From Xanthobacteraceae bacterium (GTDB lineage: Bacteria > Pseudomonadota > Alphaproteobacteria > Rhizobiales > Xanthobacteraceae), in assembly GCA_036559465.1 (NCBI GenBank), contig DATBTC010000063.1, positions 2,497 to 66,496 of the forward strand: a stretch of DNA of 64,000 bases, given 5' to 3'. The notes beneath the pieces were generated by a model that searched no databases, was not told where the DNA came from, and saw only the letters and a program-made list of their open reading frames with translations. The stretch's first letter is position 1; every line of letters begins with the position of its first letter. This document shows positions 53,761 through 60,629 of this stretch, one piece after another. Both the position numbers and the translations under genes were made by a program.

Positions 53761-53905
53761 ACAACCTGGGATCTAGGCTGTTTTCTCGGGCCGACACGAC
53801 ACGCGCGGACCGCTAACCAAGATTTGGTCGGAAAGTAGGTATTATCGTAGGAAGCGCCTAGATGTAGTTATGGTTTGAAACTAATTTGCGGAGCTCCGCT
53901 TTTTG

Positions 53906-54460
53906 ATGTCCCACGCGTCCACAATCGAAAAATCACCCGATCGCAGCCTGCTGATCGTCGATGACGACAAGCCGTTCCTGCAACGCTTCGCGCGCGCGAT
54001 GGAAAGCCGCGGCTTCGACGTGAAGACGGCCGAGTCGGTGGCCGAGGGTCTGGCGCAGGTGGCCTCATCGCCGCCGGCCTTTGCGGTGGTCGACATGCGG
54101 CTCGGCGACGGCAGCGGGCTCGACGTGATCTCCGCCTTGAAGGAGCGCCGCCCCGACGCGCGCGGCATCGTGCTTACCGGCTACGGCAACATCGCGACTG
54201 CTGTGAATGCCGTCAAACTCGGCGCCGTCGATTATCTCGCCAAGCCCGCCGATGCCGACGACGTCTGCGCGGCGCTAACCGCCAAGCATGGGGATAAGGC
54301 GGTGCCGCCGGAGAACCCGATGTCGGCCGACCGCGTTCGCTGGGAACACATCCAGCGCGTCTACGAGCTGTGCGGCCGGAATGTATCAGAGACCGCGCGG
54401 CGGCTCTCCATGCATCGGCGCACGCTGCAGCGCATCCTCGCCAAGCGCGCGCCGCGCTGA
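53906..54460 (+). CDS. regA: response regulator RegA/PrrA/ActR/RegR
   Basis: Receiver domain (LLIVDDD, VVDMRLGDG, KP). The near-invariant RegA-family HTH is NVSETARRLSMHRRTLQRILAKRAPR. ATG at 53906, one codon inside the ORF-track TTG. Confidence 0.92.
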   Translation: MSHASTIEKSPDRSLLIVDDDKPFLQRFARAMESRGFDVKTAESVAEGLAQVASSPPAFAVVDMRLGDGSGLDVISALKERRPDARGIVLTGYGNIATAVNAVKLGAVDYLAKPADADDVCAALTAKHGDKAVPPENPMSADRVRWEHIQRVYELCGRNVSETARRLSMHRRTLQRILAKRAPR

Positions 54461-54467
54461 ACCGGGT

Positions 54468-55469
54468 TCAGGCCGCGGCCTTCTCCATATAGCGATAAGC
54501 GTCGGCCAAGAGAGCGCGGCCCAATGTGGTCGGGCGCGCATGCGCGGCAAAGGTCGCATGTCCTTCGAAGAACGCTTTGCGCGCGGCGCCACGGCATTCT
54601 TGCGCGACTGCTTGCTCCTCCGGATTGAGCAGGCTCGAGGCGAGCAGCCGATCGAGCGCGTAGTACATCCGTGCCGATACGAAAGTCGCGTGTGTGATGC
54701 CGTCCATCGGCCGTGGGTCGATGCGCAGCGGCGAGCGGTAACGCTCCTCGTTCGGATTATCGACCAGGGGTTCGCCGAGCGCGAGGCCGTAGAGATGCGA
54801 ATGTGCGCCTTCATGGGCAATCGCTTCGGCCATAGCGACCGCGGTCTTATGCTTGTCTGCATTGAGGAAGAGCGAGCCCCAAGCATAGAACGACGTCGCG
54901 CCATCGAGACTCATAGCCGCCTCGGAGCCATCGCATACCAGAACGATCTCTTTAACCAATGCGCGGATTTCGGCCGAGACCTCGGGCGCGCCACGGTCCA
55001 GCAATTCGAACGCGCGCTCCAGCAGGCGTGAAGCTCGATCGAAAATCGCCGTTTCTGGACGCTCCAGCACCAGTTTTGAAGCCGGGTCGGCATTGACCGA
55101 GCGCGAATAGCGGTCCGTTTCACCGGCGGTGAAGGTCTCGTCCGCATACTTTCTCAGCCGGAAGGCTGGCGCGGCGACCGGCGCTCCAGCGAGAACTTCG
55201 AGCGAGTGCGTCAAAACCTCAAGATTACCGCTGCGCGCCGCCGCGAGGCAGTCGTAATAAAGCAGAAACACGTCGGGTCGCACCGCCGGTGAGGATTCAA
55301 TCTCGGCAATGCGCGAGGTAAGCGCCGCCTCGTCCATGCTTACATGGCCGCGGCTTGCCCGAACGATTTCGCCTAGAGCTTCGGCGAGCCTATGCGCGAT
55401 GTCCCGATAAATCCGAGCACCGCGGTCGCCATCGGGCCGAAAGCTGGTTTCCGTCGTCAACAAGGACAC
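54468..55469 (-). CDS. HExxH-motif protein, resembling the aKG-HExxH-type peptide-modifying (beta-hydroxylase) family
   Basis: 333 aa, GTG start 54 nt downstream of the repeat-peptide gene on the same strand. AIAHEGAHSHLY (HExxH at 54801-54815), followed by ERYRSPLRIDPRPMDGITHATF. This matches my recollection of the HExxH...Y.(S)PWR.DPRP..G..H pattern of the TIGRFAMs mod_HExxH family. No HMM was run. Confidence 0.5.
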   Translation of the reverse strand: MSLLTTETSFRPDGDRGARIYRDIAHRLAEALGEIVRASRGHVSMDEAALTSRIAEIESSPAVRPDVFLLYYDCLAAARSGNLEVLTHSLEVLAGAPVAAPAFRLRKYADETFTAGETDRYSRSVNADPASKLVLERPETAIFDRASRLLERAFELLDRGAPEVSAEIRALVKEIVLVCDGSEAAMSLDGATSFYAWGSLFLNADKHKTAVAMAEAIAHEGAHSHLYGLALGEPLVDNPNEERYRSPLRIDPRPMDGITHATFVSARMYYALDRLLASSLLNPEEQAVAQECRGAARKAFFEGHATFAAHARPTTLGRALLADAYRYMEKAAA

Positions 55470-55523
55470 GAGATCACTCGAACTCTACAGATACCGCGGC
55501 AAGCGATCTCTCGTCCCGTACGC

Positions 55524-55892
55524 CTACTTAGGAGCGTCCTGCGAGGACCTCGGTGCGACTTTTTCGCCGATCGCGAAACCGTTCGTGCGGAGGCCGAGCA
55601 GTTTCGTCTCGTCGAGCTTAAGCGCCGCTTCGGGAGTCCCTTCCTCCTTGGTACCCACGGCATATCCGTTGGTGCGCAAGCCGAGCAGCTTCGTTTCGTC
55701 GAGCCTGAGTGCCGCTTCGCGGGGGCTGTCCTTGCCGCCCACGGCATATCCGTTGGTGCGCAAGCCCAGCAGCCTTGCTTCGTCGAGTTCGATCCTCAGC
55801 TGCTTTGGCGTCGTGGGGGTTTTAAGGCCGACCGCGTAGCCATTGGTGCGCAGGCCCAGCAATTTGCTCTCGTCGAGCTTGATAACTGACAT
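55524..55892 (-). CDS. 122-aa tandem-repeat protein, candidate multi-core peptide precursor
   Basis: ATG..TAG ORF. Four copies of LDE[SAT][KR]LLGLRTNG[YF]A[VI]G at residues 6-22, 36-52, 64-80 and 93-109, separated by 11-13-aa Pro/Thr/Lys/Glu-rich linkers. Differences between copies are mostly synonymous in this frame. No signal peptide. Confidence 0.7.
   Translation of the reverse strand: MSVIKLDESKLLGLRTNGYAVGLKTPTTPKQLRIELDEARLLGLRTNGYAVGGKDSPREAALRLDETKLLGLRTNGYAVGTKEEGTPEAALKLDETKLLGLRTNGFAIGEKVAPRSSQDAPK
55566..55877 (-). repeat. four tandem ~84-90-nt coding repeats
   Basis: Spacing between copies is 30, 28 and 29 codons. The conserved 51-nt block reads CTC GAC GAR nnn AAR/AGG YTG CTS GGC YTS CGC ACS AAY GGN TWY GCS RTS GGY in all four copies. 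Confidence 0.9.
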
Positions 55893-56034
55893 TCACTCAG
55901 CCCCCGGCAGAAACCCTGGGACGGGCCGATTGCTGACCCTTCCCCCAAGGGCATGCTAGCAACGGCGTTGGGCCGCTTCAACCGGGTGGCTAGGTCGCGC
56001 TCGGCGCCCGGCTGCGGAAACGCATAGGTTTCGC

Positions 56035-57030
56035 ATGATCGTTTTTCTTGTGACGCCGCCCCACTATTACACTTTAAAGGCTGTGGAAAAGGCGCTGCCG
56101 CGCGTCGTTCGGGTCATCGATTACCACGAGTTCTTCGCGGCCGACCGCCTGCTGGGCGGCACTTATATCTTCTGCGATCTGGAGCGGCTTTCGGAGCACG
56201 AGCTGCGAATTGCGGCGGAGGCCTATCGACAATTGGCGGCGCAAGCCGGAGTCCGGGCGCTCAATGATCCCGCGCGCGCGCTCACTCGCTACGCACTTCT
56301 GCGCGCGCTGTTCGAAGCCGGGATCAACGATTTCGACGTCTATCGCGCGGACGCTTTACCCAAGCCGCGGCGCTTTCCCGTATTTGTTCGCTGGGAGCCA
56401 GGCCACGACAAGCCGTCCGAACTCCTGCACGACCAGACAGCGCTGGACGCGGCCTTGGCGGAGCTCGTGGTCAAGGGTGAGCCGTTGCGGGGCATGCTCG
56501 TCACCGAGTATGCGGCGGAGCCGGTGATTCCCGGCGTGTTCCGCAGGCATGCCACGTTCCGGATCGCGGACGAGTTTCAGCTATTCGCCCCTTCATCGGA
56601 ACGCGATTGGCGCGTCAAATATGGCGAACGCGGACTCGTGAGCGAGGACATCTATCTCGACGATGAACGCGCCATGCAGGAGAACCGTTTCGGAGAAACT
56701 TTGCGGCGCACGTTCGAGATCGCCGGCGTGGAGTATGGGCGGGCCGATTTCGGTCTGGTCGGCGGCAAACTGCAAATCTACGAGATCAACACCAACCCCA
56801 GTGTTGGAGTTCCGGCACCGCACGACTCGCCCGCGCGAACTCGCGCGCTTGCCCGCTGCTGGTCCTGGTATTTGGAGAAAATCGCCGCGCTGGATACGGC
56901 CACCTGCGCCCGGAAAATCAAGATCGATTCGCCGCTGCTGTCGCTCTACCGAAGCGCATTGACAACGAAATATCGCACCCTATTCGGTTGGCGCTTGCCC
57001 AGAGGCGACCGGCTGATACGCCGGCCCTGA
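56035..57030 (+). CDS. ATP-grasp fold ligase (substrate unknown)
   Basis: 331 aa, divergent from the repeat-peptide gene across a 142-nt spacer. LNDPARALTRYALLRALFEAGI, FPVFVRWEPGH, MLVTEYA and YGRADFGLVGGKLQIYEINTNP follow the order of ATP-grasp motifs. The last contains the E-x-N Mg/ATP motif at about 56782-56790. Confidence 0.6.
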   Translation: MIVFLVTPPHYYTLKAVEKALPRVVRVIDYHEFFAADRLLGGTYIFCDLERLSEHELRIAAEAYRQLAAQAGVRALNDPARALTRYALLRALFEAGINDFDVYRADALPKPRRFPVFVRWEPGHDKPSELLHDQTALDAALAELVVKGEPLRGMLVTEYAAEPVIPGVFRRHATFRIADEFQLFAPSSERDWRVKYGERGLVSEDIYLDDERAMQENRFGETLRRTFEIAGVEYGRADFGLVGGKLQIYEINTNPSVGVPAPHDSPARTRALARCWSWYLEKIAALDTATCARKIKIDSPLLSLYRSALTTKYRTLFGWRLPRGDRLIRRP

Positions 57031-57219
57031 CGGCGGCACCTGCCACAATTCCGACCGGGTCGAACGGCCCTCCGTCCGGGCCGGCAGCAAGTCTGACCTT
57101 TCCCCGCCGAATCGCGCCACGAATTTAGCCGCAGCCGGCCGTGCTTCCTTCCCGCTCGGGCCCGGATCGCCGCTGAGCATCCGAGCGCCTGTTGCAACCT
57201 GATTCTGTGGGGAGATCCG

Positions 57220-58332
57220 ATGCTTGTTCACACTCTTCGCGCCGCGCTCGCGGCCGCGTTCTTCTGCTTTATCGCCGCGCCGGCGGCATTCGCCGGAAGG
57301 ACCGTGGTCGAGGTCGCTTTCGTGCTCGACACCACCGGCTCCATGGGGCCGCTGATCGAAGGCGCCAAGCGCAAGATCTGGTCGATAGCGACCTCGATCG
57401 TCGACGCCAATCCCGAGGCTGAGGTTCGCATGGCGCTCGTCGCCTATCGCGATATCGGCGACGAGTACGTGACCAGGAAGTTCGACCTCACCACCGACAT
57501 CCAGGATCTCTACGGCGAGCTGCTCGCGTTCCGCGCCCGCGGCGGCGGCGACTGGCCCGAGAGCGTGAACGAGGCGCTCGATGTGGCGGTGACCAAGCTC
57601 TCCTGGTCGAAGGGCCGCGAAATCTGCCGGATCATCTTCTTGGTCGGCGACGCCCCGCCGCACATGAACTACGCGCAGGACCGCAAATACCCCGAAGTCG
57701 TCGCCGACGCGCACCGGCGCGGCATTATCGTCAACGCCGTGCAGGCCGGCGACGCGCGCGACACCGAGCGGGTGTGGCGCGAGATCGCCCAGCGCGCCAA
57801 CGGCGAGTACTTGCGCATTCCGCAGCACGGCGCGGTCGTGGTGATCGAGACGCCCTATGACCGCAAGATCCACGGGTTGCAGATCGAGCTCAACAAGACC
57901 GTCATTCCCTACGGCAAGCGCGCAGAACAGCGCGCGGTGCAGGACAAGCTGGAGCGCTCGGTGGCGGCACCCGCGCCCGCGGCTTCCGACATGGCGGGTT
58001 ATCTGAGCAAGAAGGCGGGCGCGCGCGAGCTGGTAACCGGCGGTGGCGATCTGGTCGGCGACATGATCGCCGGCCGCACACGGCTCGATTCCGTGCCCGA
58101 GACCGACCTGCCCGAAACGTTGCGGCCGCTGGCGCCGGCCGAGCGCAAGGCGCTGATCGAGACCCAGACCGCAGCGCGCAAAGCGCTTGATGAACGCATG
58201 TCAGAACTCGTCAGGCAACGCGACGCCCATATCGCCGCTGAGCGCGCCAAGCAGCCGCAGGCGAAGGACTCCTTCGACCGCGTGGTCGAGGACACGCTGC
58301 GGAAGCAGGTCACGCGCCCGGCCACGAACTGA
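57220..58332 (+). CDS. secreted von Willebrand factor type A (VWA) domain protein
   Basis: 370 aa. Sec signal peptide MLVHTLRAALAAAFFCFIAAPAAFA|G. MIDAS-like VLDTTGSM, then LVAYRD and FLVGDAPPH. The C-terminal ~120 aa is charged and probably helical. Confidence 0.8.
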   Translation: MLVHTLRAALAAAFFCFIAAPAAFAGRTVVEVAFVLDTTGSMGPLIEGAKRKIWSIATSIVDANPEAEVRMALVAYRDIGDEYVTRKFDLTTDIQDLYGELLAFRARGGGDWPESVNEALDVAVTKLSWSKGREICRIIFLVGDAPPHMNYAQDRKYPEVVADAHRRGIIVNAVQAGDARDTERVWREIAQRANGEYLRIPQHGAVVVIETPYDRKIHGLQIELNKTVIPYGKRAEQRAVQDKLERSVAAPAPAASDMAGYLSKKAGARELVTGGGDLVGDMIAGRTRLDSVPETDLPETLRPLAPAERKALIETQTAARKALDERMSELVRQRDAHIAAERAKQPQAKDSFDRVVEDTLRKQVTRPATN

Positions 58333-58338
58333 GAATTG

Positions 58339-58367
58339 GACCCTCTCCCCAAAGCGGGGAGAGGGTC
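58339..58367. repeat. REP-like palindromic element, copy 1
   Basis: GACCCTCTCCCC-aaagc-GGGGAGAGGGTC, a perfect 12-bp stem 7 nt after the VWA gene stop. Same arm sequence as the element at 60581-60608. Confidence 0.75.
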
Positions 58368-58423
58368 TCTTGCTCCCGGTACGCCGATCGCGGACATTCC
58401 CGCCAAGAACGGGGGCAGGGATA

Positions 58424-59254
58424 ATGGCGATCGATTACGAAGTCGAATACAACAACCGCGCGCGGGTGCCGGAGCATCCAGCGATCCTGGCGCGCTGGCA
58501 GCGCGATGCGGCCGCTTTTCGTGCCTCACACAAGAACAGCGAACTCGGCCTTGCTTACGGCAAGAGCGAGCGCCAGAGGATCGATCTGTTCTGGCCGGAC
58601 GCCGTGCGCAACACACGGATCGCGCTCTTCATACATGGTGGCTACTGGCGCGCGCTTGAGCGCGAAAGCTTCAGCCATCTGGCCGCCGGCGCCAACGCCC
58701 GCGGACTCGCCTTCGCGCTTGCAGGCTATGATCTATGCCCCACGGTCATGATCAGCGAGATCATCGAGCAAGTGCGCGCCGCGGCGGCTTTTCTTGGCCG
58801 CCGCCATGGCGGCCCGATCGTCGCCTGCGGACATTCCGCTGGCGGGCATCTAGCTGGTTGCTTGGTCGGCACCGATTGGAAGAAGCGCGGCGCCGATCTG
58901 CCTGCTGACCTCACGCCTGCCGGCCTTTCGATCTCGGGTCTGTTTGACCTCACGCCGCTTTTGCAGACCAGCATGAACGCTGACCTCAAGCTCGATGTCG
59001 CCGAGATACAACGCACCTCGCCGATTTTCTGGCCCGTGCCGCCTGCCGCCCACGCCTTCGATGCCTGGGTCGGGGCCGACGAGAGTCCGGAGTTCCTGCG
59101 CCAGAGCCGGATCATCGCCGATGCGTGGCAGCAGAAGGGCATAGCGACCCGCTATGAAGCGGTCACCGGCGCCAATCATTTCACCGTGCTCGATCCATTG
59201 GCCAAGCCCGATAGCCCGCTCACGGCGCGGCTGGTCGAGCTGGCCCGGATCTGA
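58424..59254 (+). CDS. alpha/beta hydrolase (arylformamidase / esterase-lipase family)
   Basis: ORF 58187..59254 trimmed to MAIDYEVEYNNRARVPEHP, 276 aa. Oxyanion-hole HGGYW and nucleophile elbow GHSAGGH. Confidence 0.8.
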   Translation: MAIDYEVEYNNRARVPEHPAILARWQRDAAAFRASHKNSELGLAYGKSERQRIDLFWPDAVRNTRIALFIHGGYWRALERESFSHLAAGANARGLAFALAGYDLCPTVMISEIIEQVRAAAAFLGRRHGGPIVACGHSAGGHLAGCLVGTDWKKRGADLPADLTPAGLSISGLFDLTPLLQTSMNADLKLDVAEIQRTSPIFWPVPPAAHAFDAWVGADESPEFLRQSRIIADAWQQKGIATRYEAVTGANHFTVLDPLAKPDSPLTARLVELARI

Positions 59255-59390
59255 AATCCATTTCTTAGCAAGGCATTAGCCTCAGGACTCGGGCGGCGAA
59301 ATGCTTTATCTATGGCCCGGGTCCGCGCGCGGCCGGTCCGTACGCGGCACGATAAGCGGGCGAAGTCCCGCCAGGGAGAGAGGGGTACTC

Positions 59391-60563
59391 ATGCGTAAGT
59401 TTCTCGCAACTGCAGGAATTGCGGGCGCGTTCGCGCTCGCGGCCATGGGCGCGCAAGCACAATCGGTCAAGGTCGGGGTGATGCTGACGCTCTCCGGCCC
59501 GGCCGCCGTGCTCGGCCAGCATGCCCGCGACGGCTTCCAGCTCGGCATCAAGCATCTGGGCGGCAAACTCGGCGGACTGACCGCCGACATCATCGTGGTC
59601 GACGACGAGCTCAAGCCGGACGTCGGCGTGCAAAAGGTGCAGGCGCTCTTGGAGCGCGACAAGGTCGACATCGTGGTCGGCGTCATCTTCTCGAATGTCA
59701 TGATGGCGATCGCCAAGCCCGTGTTCGATGCGAACACGATCCTGGTGAGCCCCAACGCCGGCCCGTCGCCGCTCGCCGGCCGCGGCTGCTCGCCCTGGTT
59801 TTTCTCCACCGCCTGGCAGAACGACCAGAACCACGAGGCCATGGGCAAGTACGCCCAGGACGCCGGCTACAAGAAGGTCGTGCTGATCGCGCCGAACTAT
59901 CAGGCCGGCAAGGATTCCATGGCCGGCTTCAAGCGTCACTTCAAGGGCGAGATCGTCGAGGAAATCTTCAATCAGGTGAACCAGCTCGACTTCGCCGCCG
60001 AGATCGCGAAGATCGCCTCCCTCAAGCCCGACGCTGTGTTCGCCTTCGAGCCGGGCGGCATGGGCGTCAACTTCGTCAAGCAATATGCCCAGGCCGGCCT
60101 GGCTGGGAAAATTCCGTTCCTCTCCGCCTTCACCGTCGACGAGACCACGCTTCCGGCAACCCAGGACGCGGCGGTAGGACTGTTCGCCGGCTCGCAGTGG
60201 GCGCCGAACCTCGAAAATCCGGTGAGCAAGAAGTTCGTCGCCGATTACGAGAAGGACTACGGCAAGGTGCCCGCGATGTATGCCGCGCAAGGCTATGACG
60301 CGGCGCTTCTGATCGACGCCGCGATCAAGGCTGCGGGCGGCAAGGTCGCGGACAAGGCGGCACTGCGCGACGCCTTCAAGAGGGCGAGCTTCGCCTCGAT
60401 CCGCGGAGCGCCGTTCAAGCTCAACACCAACGGCTTCCCGATCCAGGACGTCTATGTCGTCAAGGCGGTGAAGCGTGCCGATGGCAAGTTCGCGACCGAG
60501 ACCGTCGCCAAAGTGTTTACCGGCTATACCGACGCCTACGCTAAGGATTGTCCGCTCAAGTGA
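59391..60563 (+). CDS. ABC transporter substrate-binding protein, Leu/Ile/Val-binding (HAAT) family
   Basis: ORF trimmed to MRKFLATAGIAGAFALAAMGAQA (signal peptide), with the GGGAGAGAGGGG SD-like tract upstream. Type I PBP fold pattern. Followed by LivHMGF-like genes. Confidence 0.88.
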   Translation: MRKFLATAGIAGAFALAAMGAQAQSVKVGVMLTLSGPAAVLGQHARDGFQLGIKHLGGKLGGLTADIIVVDDELKPDVGVQKVQALLERDKVDIVVGVIFSNVMMAIAKPVFDANTILVSPNAGPSPLAGRGCSPWFFSTAWQNDQNHEAMGKYAQDAGYKKVVLIAPNYQAGKDSMAGFKRHFKGEIVEEIFNQVNQLDFAAEIAKIASLKPDAVFAFEPGGMGVNFVKQYAQAGLAGKIPFLSAFTVDETTLPATQDAAVGLFAGSQWAPNLENPVSKKFVADYEKDYGKVPAMYAAQGYDAALLIDAAIKAAGGKVADKAALRDAFKRASFASIRGAPFKLNTNGFPIQDVYVVKAVKRADGKFATETVAKVFTGYTDAYAKDCPLK

Positions 60564-60580
60564 CGCGGTCTGTTTGAATG

Positions 60581-60611
60581 ACCCTCTCTCCGCTTGCGGG
60601 GAGAGGGTTTT
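60581..60611 (+). terminator. REP-like palindromic element, copy 2, acting as rho-independent terminator after the SBP gene
   Basis: ACCCTCTCTCCG-cttg-CGGGGAGAGGGT (one mismatch) followed by TTTT. Lies 18 nt after the SBP stop. Confidence 0.7.
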
Positions 60612-60629
60612 GATTGACCGGCGTTCCTG

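Noticed and set aside
55470-55523. Possible attenuator hairpin between the repeat-peptide gene and the HExxH gene (ACGAGATC ... GATCTCTCGT)
   Set aside because: Only 8 bp with a 2-nt bulge and a ~29-nt loop, and no U-tract. Too weak to call from sequence alone.
55392-55889. 165-aa plus-strand ORF that is also internally repetitive, antisense to the repeat-peptide gene
   Set aside because: Its repetition simply mirrors the DNA repeats. Substitutions between copies fall on third codon positions of the minus-strand frame and would be non-synonymous here. The minus-strand ORF also has a clean ATG..TAG and lies in an operon with the HExxH gene.
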